From NCBI GenBank assembly GCA_045863395.1, contig BTVJ01000012.1, positions 64,001 to 128,000 on the forward strand: a stretch of 64,000 nt of DNA, read 5' to 3'. The notes below the pieces were generated by a model that was given only the letters and a program-made list of their open reading frames with translations, did no database searches and was not told the DNA's origin. A program made the translations under genes and the position numbers. Position 1 is the first letter of the stretch; the number at the start of each line of letters is the position of its first letter. The DNA comes from Myxococcales bacterium (lineage in GTDB: Bacteria > Myxococcota_A > UBA9042 > JABWCM01 > BTVJ01). Positions 49,322-59,200 of the stretch are shown piece by piece.

Positions 49322-50299
49322 CTACCGCTGCCCGGTGAGCTCCAGGAACTCCGGATCCGAGCGGATGGAGCGGAAGTCGGGGTCCTTCGGCGCCTTCCCC
49401 AGCTTGTCCGTGGCCGCGGCAGTGCCCAGAGCCCGCAGGCGCCGGAGGGTTGCCAGCGCAGCGGTCCGCTTGCCCGCCAGAGCCTCCATGCACGCCAGGT
49501 TGTAGACCGCCGTCTCGAACGTGGGGGCCAGCGCGACCGCCTCCGCGTACCGCTCCTGGGCCTTCAGGTGGTCGCCCCGCTTGTAGGCGCGAAAGCCGAA
49601 GCCGTTGAGGGTGCGCGCCAGGCTGGCCGCGTCAACCCTCGCGCGCGGCTGCCGGCTGGCCTGCGTCACCCGCAGCACGACCGGCTCCCAGCGGCGCGCG
49701 CCGTCGGCCTCGGCCATGGCGCGAGAGCCCGTGACGACCGCATAGGCGTCGCCGGGCGCCCAGGACACGACCGCGGCGTAGGCGTTGGTGCCCATGTCGG
49801 TGCGGAGGGCTGCCGCATACTTGAGCTTGCGGAGACCGAGGGCGTCAACGAGGAACAGGGTGATCATGCCCTCCTTCTCGTCGTCCACCCCCACGTAGCG
49901 GGTGCCATCGCGGCTCATGCCACCGCGGTGAGGCTGAGCGTCCAGCGCGTGGCGCTGGAGCAGCCCGGCGACCTCCGGCGTCCCGTCCGCGGCCCTCTCG
50001 AAGACCTCAGGGACGCAGGACGCGCCGGAGCCGTCGATGGTCGCCTGCTCCAGGACTTGACCCACCCGATCCCGGACCTCCAGAGAGGTGGCGTCCGTGT
50101 TCATGTCGCAGACGCCGAGCAGGATGCGGGCGCCGTCCGACGAGAACCGCAGCAGGGCAGAGTACTCGCCGCTGTCCGCCTCGGCGCGCGCGGGCGGGTG
50201 CGCAGCCAGGGCGGCCAGGGCGACGAGCGCACCGACCACGAGCCGTAGGCGTCGCGCCTTACTCCGAGCGGGGTGAGAACCTGGTCGAGTCCCGGCCAT
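49322..50299 (-). CDS. Secreted protein with C-terminal TPR repeats
   Basis: Signal-like LVVGALVALAALAA..ARA; N..GF.AY..GD...A...Y..A, YNLAC..AL.G, KDPDF.SIR.DPEF. Confidence 0.75.
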   Translation of the reverse strand: MAGTRPGSHPARSKARRLRLVVGALVALAALAAHPPARAEADSGEYSALLRFSSDGARILLGVCDMNTDATSLEVRDRVGQVLEQATIDGSGASCVPEVFERAADGTPEVAGLLQRHALDAQPHRGGMSRDGTRYVGVDDEKEGMITLFLVDALGLRKLKYAAALRTDMGTNAYAAVVSWAPGDAYAVVTGSRAMAEADGARRWEPVVLRVTQASRQPRARVDAASLARTLNGFGFRAYKRGDHLKAQERYAEAVALAPTFETAVYNLACMEALAGKRTAALATLRRLRALGTAAATDKLGKAPKDPDFRSIRSDPEFLELTGQR

Positions 50300-50456
50300 G
50301 GCGCCGATGGTATCAGAGGGCCACCCCCCTTCGCACCACCAAGCGCTCGCCGACGCGAGAGACGGATACCACGGGAGCGATGACGGGGCCTCCAACATGG
50401 GATGGCGCGCTCACCGTGGTTGGTTGTAGGCTGCCCGACACAGAGAGGAGGAGCAC

Positions 50457-51122
50457 ATGAGCGACAGGACACTGGGCCACCTTCACCGCCACCACGGCGA
50501 CTTCCACGACTTCCGCGACCGCATGCTCGAATCGCACGGCGGGCGCTTCGACGCGGTGTTCTGGGGTGTCTGGGACCGGTGGGTGCACCCGGGGCTGCCG
50601 GTCGAGGCGCGGCTCCTCGACCTGGGGACTGGACCCGGCGGGCTGCTCCGCGACCTCGCGAAGCGCTACCCGAGCGCGCACATCGTGGGTGTCGACGTCC
50701 AGCCGGCCATGCTGGAGGCGGCGCAGCACCTCTCGAGCGAGCTGGGGCACCGAACGCGGGTGATCACCGCGGACGTGTCGCGCCCACCCATCGACGAGCT
50801 GAAGGCGGGCCACTTCGACGCCATCGTGCTGTCCATGGTGCTCCACGAGATGCACGTGCCCCAGAACGCCCTGGCCGAGGCGCGGCGGCTGCTCGCCCCC
50901 GAGGGGCGGGTCGTGGTGTATGACTGGATTCGCCATGATCTGCGCCGCTACGTGGAGGGAGCGCTCGACGGGACGGAGGAGCAGATCCTCCACTTCGCCG
51001 AGCACTGCCGGTATACCCCGGAGGACTACCTGTTCCTGGCGGAGAGCGCAGGCCTCGTCCCAGTGGAGGTCCTGACGCGCAGATCCGGCGCCAACGTGCT
51101 CATGGTGCTGCGCAGCGCGTGA
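50457..51122 (+). CDS. Class I SAM-dependent methyltransferase
   Basis: RBS GAGGAGGAG; LLDLGTGPG, GVDVQPAML, FDAI..SMVLHE, RLLAPEGR. Confidence 0.88.
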   Translation: MSDRTLGHLHRHHGDFHDFRDRMLESHGGRFDAVFWGVWDRWVHPGLPVEARLLDLGTGPGGLLRDLAKRYPSAHIVGVDVQPAMLEAAQHLSSELGHRTRVITADVSRPPIDELKAGHFDAIVLSMVLHEMHVPQNALAEARRLLAPEGRVVVYDWIRHDLRRYVEGALDGTEEQILHFAEHCRYTPEDYLFLAESAGLVPVEVLTRRSGANVLMVLRSA

Positions 51123-51152
51123 CGCTCGCGCGCTGGACAGACGGCCTCGGAC

Positions 51153-52742
51153 GTGGCAAACGACCCGGAGTGGTCCCCACGTGCGGAGGAGCCCATGTCG
51201 AGCGCGGGTTGGGAGCGGCAGGCTGGGGCGCTATTGCCCGTGTTCTCCATGGCGGGGCGCCGGTCCTGGGGGGTGGGCGAGTTCGGAGACGTTCCCACCG
51301 TGTGCGGGTGGCTCCGGGCCGCCGGCCACCGTCTGCTCAACATCCTGCCCATCAACGAGGCCGCCCTCGGCCAGGAGAGCCCCTACTCTGCGCTCTCCGC
51401 CTTCGCGCTGGACCCGGTGTACATCACGGCGGAGCACCTGATCGACCTGCGCGCGGCGGGCGGCATACCCGCTCTCGGCGACGAGGTGGCGCGCACGGTG
51501 GCCTGGGCCCGGGAGCAGCCGATCGTCGACTGGGGCGCCGTGCGCTGGCTCAAGGACAAGGCCCTGCGCCTCGCGTGGGAGCGCTTCCGCGCCGAGGAGC
51601 TGCGCGCAGGCACCGCGCGGGCAGCGGACTTCTCCGCGTGGCGCGCGCAAGAGGCGACCTGGGTGGACACCTACGCCCTCTTCCGCGCCCTCAAGGACGC
51701 CTGCGCCCCCAAGCCCTGGTGGGAGTGGGACGCGCCGCTGCGCGAGCGGCGGCCTGCCGCCTTGGCTGACGCCGCCGGGGACCTCGCGGAGCAGATACAC
51801 TACCATGCCTGGGTCCAGTGGGTCGCCGACCGCGAGTGGGCGACCGTTCGGGCGGAGGCAGCCCGGACGGGGGTCCGTATCATGGGCGACCTGCCCTTCA
51901 TGGTCGCGACGGACAGCGCAGACGTCTGGGAGCGCCAGAGCGAGTTCCGCATGGACGCAGAGGTGGGCGTCCCGCCTGACGCCTTCTCCGAGACAGGGCA
52001 GCGCTGGGGACTGCCCGCCTACGACTGGCCCGTGATCCGCCGGGGCGGCTACGCGTGGCTCCGACTGCGGGCCGCGCGGGCCGCCGCCCTCTACGACCTC
52101 TATCGGGTGGACCACGTGGTCGGCCTCTACCGCACCTGGTCCTTCCCCGCGGACGGGAGCCCACCGGGCTTCGAGCCGTCGGAGCCAGAGGAGCAGCTCG
52201 CCCACGGGGAGCGGGTCATGGAGGCGCTCGGGGGCGCCGGGCGCGTCGTCGCGGAGGACCTGGGCGTCATACCGGACTTCGTCCACGAGTCCCTCGCGCG
52301 CCTCGGGATCCCGGGCTACCGGGTCATCCGCTGGGAGGTGGAGGAGGACGGCGTCTTTGTCGACCCCGCCACGTACCCTGCCCTGTCGCTGGTCACGACC
52401 GGTACCCACGACACGGAGACCGCTCGCGGCTGGTGGGAGGAGTTGCCCGAAGCCGAGCGTGCTGCCTTTCGCGCGATCCTGCCACCCCTCCCGGATGCGC
52501 CGACGTGGAGCGAGGTGTCTGGCGCCCTGCTCTGCGCCATCTACGAGGCGCCCAGCGTCCTGGCCGTGATCCCGTGGCAGGACCTGTTCGGCCTGACCGA
52601 CCGCATCAACACCCCGGGCACCTTCGGAGCGCACAACTGGACGTGGAAGCTCCCCGTCCCGGTGGAGGAGGTCGCCACGGCTCCTGCACTCCTCCAGCGG
52701 GCTGCGGAGCTGCGTGCGCTGGCTGAGCAGTCTGGCCGCTGA
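51153..52742 (+). CDS. malQ: 4-alpha-glucanotransferase (GH77); alternative start ATG 51195
   Basis: SPYSA.S.FA, GDLPF.V..DSADVW, GVPPD.FS.TGQ.WG.P.Y.W, RVDHVVG, AEDLG, TGTHD, RINTPG....NW. Confidence 0.93.
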   Translation: MANDPEWSPRAEEPMSSAGWERQAGALLPVFSMAGRRSWGVGEFGDVPTVCGWLRAAGHRLLNILPINEAALGQESPYSALSAFALDPVYITAEHLIDLRAAGGIPALGDEVARTVAWAREQPIVDWGAVRWLKDKALRLAWERFRAEELRAGTARAADFSAWRAQEATWVDTYALFRALKDACAPKPWWEWDAPLRERRPAALADAAGDLAEQIHYHAWVQWVADREWATVRAEAARTGVRIMGDLPFMVATDSADVWERQSEFRMDAEVGVPPDAFSETGQRWGLPAYDWPVIRRGGYAWLRLRAARAAALYDLYRVDHVVGLYRTWSFPADGSPPGFEPSEPEEQLAHGERVMEALGGAGRVVAEDLGVIPDFVHESLARLGIPGYRVIRWEVEEDGVFVDPATYPALSLVTTGTHDTETARGWWEELPEAERAAFRAILPPLPDAPTWSEVSGALLCAIYEAPSVLAVIPWQDLFGLTDRINTPGTFGAHNWTWKLPVPVEEVATAPALLQRAAELRALAEQSGR

Positions 52743-53025
52743 ACCCAGAATCCCGGCGCTTCTGCCTCTGCGCGGGGCTGTAGGCCTGCATGGGGTGACT
52801 CACTGCGTCGCCGGCCCTCCATTCGGTCAACAGCGACCCGTGAAGGGAGCTTCAGGCCAATTGCGGGCAGAAATCGTCGCCCACGGGGAAAGTCATCAAA
52901 ACCTCCCGGAGGGCGTGACTTTCGTTGCGAATCCGCGCCCCTGTGTGCTATACGGCTTGCGATTCCGGCGCCCCCCCGGGGGGTTGCCCTTGCGCGCATG
53001 TCACTCGGACGGAGGTCTTCGGTCG

Positions 53026-53544
53026 ATGAAGCTATACCAGGGAAGAATCCCGCAGATCGCGAAGGACATCCTCGAGGCGCTCACGCGGGAGGAGGACATC
53101 GAGGTCCTTCCCGAGGAGGCGCCCGAGGTGGAGCTGGACATCAGCTCCGTCCTCAAGGAGTACATCCGCGTCGATCGGGACATCACCGACAAGGCCCGGG
53201 ACCTGATCGCCAGCCGCGACCTCCCGTACAACCAGCTCAGCAAGATCAAGGGACAGCTCGCCGCCGAGCGGGGCTTCGGGCTCAACGACGACGCGGTGGA
53301 CTACATCACGAGCCAGATCATCGAGGTGCTGCTCCATACGGTGCACGTCGAGGAGGTCTATGCCGAGGACCACGAGCTGCGCCGCAAGATGCGCCCCGTC
53401 CTTCGTCGCCACATGGAGGTGGACACGGAGCTGGACCACGAGGTCCGACGCCGCATCAAGAACCTCCAGGAGGGGACGTCCTCCTGGGAGACCGAGTACC
53501 AGAAGGTCATGGAGGACCTGAAGCGTACCCGCAAGCTGGACTGA
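53026..53544 (+). CDS. DUF507 family protein
   Basis: MKLY..RI, fully helical, ELD.EVR..IKNL.EG...W..EY; RBS GGAGG. Confidence 0.75.
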   Translation: MKLYQGRIPQIAKDILEALTREEDIEVLPEEAPEVELDISSVLKEYIRVDRDITDKARDLIASRDLPYNQLSKIKGQLAAERGFGLNDDAVDYITSQIIEVLLHTVHVEEVYAEDHELRRKMRPVLRRHMEVDTELDHEVRRRIKNLQEGTSSWETEYQKVMEDLKRTRKLD

Positions 53545-53568
53545 TCCGGTCGGGGACGACGCACCGCC

Positions 53569-56223
53569 TCAGTGTCGGTCGCGGCCCCTCCTTCGTCGGG
53601 CAAGCGCGCCGCCCACGAGCAGCAGCGCTGCCCACGTCGCCGCCCCACCCTTCGCGCCACACCCACCCGAGCTCGTTCCGGACTTCGCTTCGCCTGAGTC
53701 CCCCGTGGGCGCCGAGACGTCCGCGCCACCCTCCACGGGAGCGGGTCCCGCGTCCTCCCCCGCGCTCACGTCCGTTGCACCCGCATCTTCAGTGCCGTCG
53801 GGGTCCACCCGCGCGGGCGCCTCGGAGACCTCGACGAGGAACACGGCGGAGTCCGTCCAGCCTTGTGGGTCCTCCACCTCCACCTTGACCACGTGGGGCC
53901 CGAGCGCATCGAAGGTGACCCCGATGGTGGGCCCGTCGTGGTCGTCCCACGCGCCGTCGTAGCCCACGTCCCACCGCCACGTGAGGTCGGCCGCGTCGTC
54001 GTCGGGATCGGTGGTCCCGCCGGCGTCCAGCGTCGTCTCCTGTCCCAGGTACGCCGGCCCCAGCTCCACGTGGAGGATCGGCGGCTGGTTGGCCGGAGGA
54101 TCGGCGCCCGTCACGAGCCGGTGGGTCAGGAGGCGGCCATACCCCCACTCGTCGTTGGGCGTGCTCCCCGTGATGGCGTCTCCGCCGGACCGCTCGTGGA
54201 CCCGCGCCATGACCTGCGCCGGGCTGAGCCCCGGCTCCGCCTGGAGGAGCAGGGCGAGGGCGCCCGCCACCTGGGGGAGGGCCCCGCTCGTGCCCCCGAA
54301 GCGGGTGTACGCTACCCCGCCGGGCCCCTGGAGCGGGTAGGCGGTGTAGTGGTCCTCCGGGGCGACCACGTCCACGCCACGCGCCCCGTCGATGCGCGGC
54401 CCCCGGCCGCTGAAGGTCTTGAGGCCCCCGTCCACCTCCCCCCAGGACAGCTCGTTGCCGACGGAGGCGCCCACGCTGATCGCCGAGTCCGCCGTCGAGG
54501 GGAAGGCGATGGTCCCCGCGTCGGAGACGTGGCTTTGGAAATGAACCGTGTAGGCGTACCCCGTGTCGTCGCCCATGGCGATGTGGACCTGGACGGGCCC
54601 GCTCGCCTTGCTCGTCAGGTGAACGGCGTAGTTGCCCGACGGCAGCGGGTCGAGAGCGGCGCGGGACGCGGCATGCACCACGTAGGCCACCATCAGGGCG
54701 GTGCCGCGCGTGGAGTCGTCGGACTCCCCGACCACATACCACCCCGAGCCGCTCCAGTGCTCGCCGGGCAAGGGGAAGGTCGCGTCCGCCTCGGTCCCCG
54801 GGACGGAGATCGACACGTCGACCGCGTCCGAGGCAGCCCCCTGCCAGCGCGCCGTCAGGATCATGCGCGTGGACTGGAAGCCCACGCTGCTGCCGTCCAT
54901 CGCGATGATCGGGACCGTGGCGGTCTGCCCCGGCGCCAGGTCCACGACAGCGTGCCCGCCGTAGCCGGCGAAGTTGTGCGTCGCCGTCGCCTGGACCACG
55001 CCGCCCGCCGAGAGGGTGTCCAGCATGTGCTCCCAGTCCGACCCTCCGTCGGCAAACTCCCCAAACTGGGTCCCGTACTCGTGGACGATGATCTCCGCCC
55101 CCTCGTCGCGCGCCCATGCCACCGCGGTCACGAGGTCTCCCCAAGGATCACCGACCAGCGCCTGCGCGCCGCTCTGGGAGTGATCGATCATCAAGAGCTC
55201 CGCGTCGGGCGCCACCCCGTGGACCAGGGAGCCGAGCTCACCGCCCAGGAGGATGCCGGCAACGCCGGTCCCGTGCATGGACGCGTTGGCCTTCACGGGC
55301 GCGGCCACCAGGTCCTTGCCGCGGCGATAGACCTTTCCGTTGCCCACGGTCATCAGCGCGCGGATCTTGCTGGTCCCGAGGCGCTTGAGCTTCTCGGGGG
55401 CCTCCACGGCGCCGCTGCCGTCCACGTCGTCCGCCGTGAACAGGGGCTCCCCGTACGCCGGGAACTGCTCCGTGAAGCCCGCCTTCGCGCCCGCATCGCG
55501 CACCCCGTTGCCGTTGTCGTCCAGGTAGAGCCAGTCCCACCCCGGCGTGTACGCGCCGTCCTTGCCGATGATGCCGCCCGAGTAGACGTCGGCGAGCCCC
55601 ACGTCCAGCACCTGCAGGACCTCCGCCGCGCCGATCTGCCCGTCGCCGTCCACGTCGATGCCGTCCGTGCCGGGATCGAGGACCCCGTTGGCGTTGACGT
55701 CCACCCACACGGTGAGGCCCGCGTCCGCCCGGAAGAACTGGGGGTGGAACGGGTCGATGCCCGAGTCGATGTCCGCGATGAGCCGCCCGCCCCCCGCCAG
55801 CCGCGAGCCGTCAGGGGCGCGCAGGGGCCACACCCGGTCGGCGGTGGTCATCCCGTGGACCTTGTTGTGCTCCCCCAGGGGGGCGGGCAGGGGCTCCGTC
55901 ATATGCGGCATGGCGGGCAACAGCGCACGCACGTCCTTGCGCGCAGCGAGGCGATTCATGGCGTCGAAGCCCACGCGAACGCCATGGAAGGGGCCCACAT
56001 TTCGGATTCTGCCTTCCACGCGCTGGAACCGCACGCCATCGGCCTCCAGCGCAGCGATGGCGGGGGCGCTCAGCGGCGCGTCGAAGCGGGCGACGATCAC
56101 CCGGTCGGCGGGACGCTCCCCAAGGGACTCCGAGAAGCGCAGGCGCGCGCGCAGGTCCGCGGTGGGGCGTGCGTCGGCCGTGGCAGAGAGCAGCGCGAGG
56201 GCGAGCACCAGGGAGGACTTCAT
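53569..56223 (-). CDS. S8 (subtilase) serine protease with PKD-like domain and MYXO-CTERM anchor
   Basis: Signal peptide; IDSGID, HGTGVAGI, FSGRGP, FGGTSGA.P.VAG..ALL, WGYG; C-terminal SSGGC...LLLVGGALARRRR. Confidence 0.9.
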   Translation of the reverse strand: MKSSLVLALALLSATADARPTADLRARLRFSESLGERPADRVIVARFDAPLSAPAIAALEADGVRFQRVEGRIRNVGPFHGVRVGFDAMNRLAARKDVRALLPAMPHMTEPLPAPLGEHNKVHGMTTADRVWPLRAPDGSRLAGGGRLIADIDSGIDPFHPQFFRADAGLTVWVDVNANGVLDPGTDGIDVDGDGQIGAAEVLQVLDVGLADVYSGGIIGKDGAYTPGWDWLYLDDNGNGVRDAGAKAGFTEQFPAYGEPLFTADDVDGSGAVEAPEKLKRLGTSKIRALMTVGNGKVYRRGKDLVAAPVKANASMHGTGVAGILLGGELGSLVHGVAPDAELLMIDHSQSGAQALVGDPWGDLVTAVAWARDEGAEIIVHEYGTQFGEFADGGSDWEHMLDTLSAGGVVQATATHNFAGYGGHAVVDLAPGQTATVPIIAMDGSSVGFQSTRMILTARWQGAASDAVDVSISVPGTEADATFPLPGEHWSGSGWYVVGESDDSTRGTALMVAYVVHAASRAALDPLPSGNYAVHLTSKASGPVQVHIAMGDDTGYAYTVHFQSHVSDAGTIAFPSTADSAISVGASVGNELSWGEVDGGLKTFSGRGPRIDGARGVDVVAPEDHYTAYPLQGPGGVAYTRFGGTSGALPQVAGALALLLQAEPGLSPAQVMARVHERSGGDAITGSTPNDEWGYGRLLTHRLVTGADPPANQPPILHVELGPAYLGQETTLDAGGTTDPDDDAADLTWRWDVGYDGAWDDHDGPTIGVTFDALGPHVVKVEVEDPQGWTDSAVFLVEVSEAPARVDPDGTEDAGATDVSAGEDAGPAPVEGGADVSAPTGDSGEAKSGTSSGGCGAKGGAATWAALLLVGGALARRRRGRDRH

Positions 56224-56283
56224 GGGGTCTCCGCGTCCAGGGGGCGATGACGGGCGCCAGCCTGCCTCGGCGCAGCCGCGGGA

Positions 56284-59200
56284 TCAAGCGCGCCGGCGAA
56301 GCCCCAGCAGCGCCAGGAGCAGGAGCCACGGGGCCGCGTCGGCGGCGGACGGGCGCCCGGTCTGATCGCAAGAGCAGCCGCCCTCGTCTACGGCCGGCTC
56401 GGCGGTCTCCCCGATCGCGTCGAGGCCGGGGATCGCGCCGCCTGTCGTCTCGACGCCCGGAACGTCGCCACTGCCCCCGTCCTCCACGCCCGGACCGGAG
56501 TCCTCGCCAGGACCGCCCGCGTCTGCGCCCCCGTCCGCGCCAGCACCCGCGTCGGGGCCGCGGATGCCGATGCAGGCGTCCATCTCCTCCTTGAATGGCG
56601 GGCGGCAGAGCGTCACCTGGGTCGCGGCGAGCGCCTCCTTGCCAACGGTGTCGAGCACGCGGAGCTCTACCTCGTAGGAGGCCGCCGCCAGACCGGCGCC
56701 CTGTGCATCCGTACCGTCCCACGGCACGTCGAGCTCCAGGGAGGTCTTCCCCACGAAGCCCATCCACTGGCGCACCACCTCTCCGTCGTGGCGGACCGCC
56801 AGCTCCCAGGAGGCGAGGCGGGTCGCGTCGACCGCCGTGGCGGAGAAGGTCGTGGTCTCGGCAAAGCCGTCCCCGTCGGGGCTGAACACCCCAGGGGTCG
56901 CCACGAGCGCGGCAATGGACGGGGGCGACAGGTCGGCAATCGTCACCCCGTCGCTCGACACCTCGTCAGACGAGGTCACCGTGTCCACGCTGACCTTCAC
57001 CGCGGAGACGCCCGTCGTGTAGGTCTGCCCCACGACCAGCAGCAGCCCATCGGAGGTGGTCGAGGTGGCGGGGGCCTGCACCGTCCTCTCGGAGAGCATG
57101 GTCCCGTTCTGGCTGAAGACCCGCACGATGAAGCTGGACGCGTCCGTCACAGGAGCCCAGTTGACGTGGATCCGGTCGCCGGCCTCCTGCTCGTCGAGGT
57201 CCGCCGCGTCGGTCAGGGCGGGGCCGGCGCCGTCGTTCTCCCGCACCCACGCCGTCGCGTCCACCAGCGACTCATCGACGATGACCAGGTGGCCCGTGCC
57301 CACGGGCACGGCGATCTCGGCGTCCCCATCCCCGTCGACGTCGATGAGCGCCGGGGTCCCCAGGGACCCGCCCAGCGTGTGCGACCACAGGATCTCGCGC
57401 GTGGCGGCGTCGATGGCGTAGAGCACCCCGTCGTCCGCCGCCACGAGGAAGCCGGGCACGCCGTCTCCGAGCGCCGCCACGGGCACGACGTCCGTGATGG
57501 CGGGCGTCGGTGTGCCAGGCTCCAGCGTCGCGGGGTCCACGGCCACCCCTCCCATGAGGGCCACCACGCCAAGCTCACTGCCGTCCGACCCGTCGTAGAA
57601 GAAGAGCGCCATGTCCTGTGTGCGCGCCTGGGCCAGGATGCGCCCCCCGGCCACGCTCACCACGCCCCCGGAGCCCCGGGTCGCGCTCCCCGGGGTTGCC
57701 GCCCAGCGGAAGGAGAGGTCCGGCTCCAGGGCCAGGGAGCCCAGGTGCGTCCCGAGGATGACGACCTCGTCCTCCCCGTCGCCGTCCAGGTCCGTCTGCA
57801 CCGGCTGCCCGTAGTAGTGGCTGACGCCCGCCTTGCCCTCGTGGAGCAGCTCCCCCGTCAACGCCCCGATGGCCAGGCGGCGCGTATCCGCGGTCACGAG
57901 CACCGCGGGAGCATAGGGCCCGACCGTCAGCGCGGCCATCCCTCCCACGTTGGCGCCGGGAGTCTCGATGATCACGGGCGCCCACCGCAGGCCGCCGAGT
58001 GCCGAGACGGCGATGAGGCGGTGGGTCACGACGCTGGCGCCGCTGTCGCTCGCCAGGAAGTAGACCTCGTCGATGCCGTCGCCGTCCATGTCGTCGATGA
58101 GAGGATCCAGATTGAAGGCGAGCGTCCCGCCCTCCCCGCCCAGCTCCGTCACGGAGACGCTTGCCCCGCCCACGGAGCGCACGACGAGGCTCGCTGCGCC
58201 GCTCGCCGAGCGCGACAGTACACCCACACCGAGCCCGAGGGGCCCGAGGCGGACCAGGAAGGGGACCTGCGTCACGTTCGCCTGGATGTCGAGCAGGGTC
58301 GGCGGCTCTGCCACCGGGGTGCCGAGGGACGCGTCGAGCAGGGCCAGGCGACCGCCGGACGCCGGAACGAGCAGGGTCGGAGCCCCGGCGTCGTCGGCCC
58401 CGACCACCCGCCGCGCCTGGAACCCGCCGTAGGTCAGGTCGCCGTGGGAGTCCCCGTCGGCGTCGTTGGTCAGCGCCAGCGCACCTCCCGGCGTGCTGGT
58501 GAGCACCGCGGCCTCGCCCGAAGCGTACAGCACGGCTACGCTGGCCGCGCCGTCCGAGGCGAACACCTGGATGCCATTCACGGGACCTCCGAGGGTGGCG
58601 CTCGCCAGCACCGCGCCCAACGACCGGAGCTCGAGCACGTCCGAGATGCTGTCGCCGTCCACGTCGCGGGCGGCCACGAGGTCCCCGCCGACGCTGAACG
58701 GCGCCGGGAAGGGGCCCAGCCTGACGACGGAGCCGGGGAGCTGGAGGACGTCGGTCGACGTGAGAGCGCCGCCCGCTGCGGTGAGACGACTCAAGACCTT
58801 GTCCGCGTAGGCGGGCGGCTTGAGCGCCGTGGTTGGGACGGCCAGGAGCTCGATGGCCCCGTCGCCGTCCACGTCCGTCGCATCCAGCAGGAGCCGCCCG
58901 GGGAGCGCTCCCTTGGGCTCGCCCGTCAGCGCGTCCAGCGCGAGGGCGCTCCACGCACCGCCCTCCCAGAAGGACGTCAGCACCTCGGGGCGCTCGTCGC
59001 CGTCCACGTCGACGAGCGGGCGCGCCGGCCAGGTGTGTCGATCGTCCTTGGGCACCGCGGCGGAGCGGCTCCACGAGAGGCGCAGCCCCTCACCGTCCCA
59101 CGCGAAGGCGTAGACGCGCCGCGAGGGCTTGTCGACCAGCGCCCAATCCGTGAACACGAAGATCTCGTCCTTGCCGTCGCCGTCCACGTCCGCGGCGAGC

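Noticed and set aside
52743..53025. 6S RNA or c-di-GMP riboswitch
   Set aside because: No long rod with central bubble, no GGCAAA/GCAAAG core and no zapA/ygfA context; kept only as an unclassified structured region.
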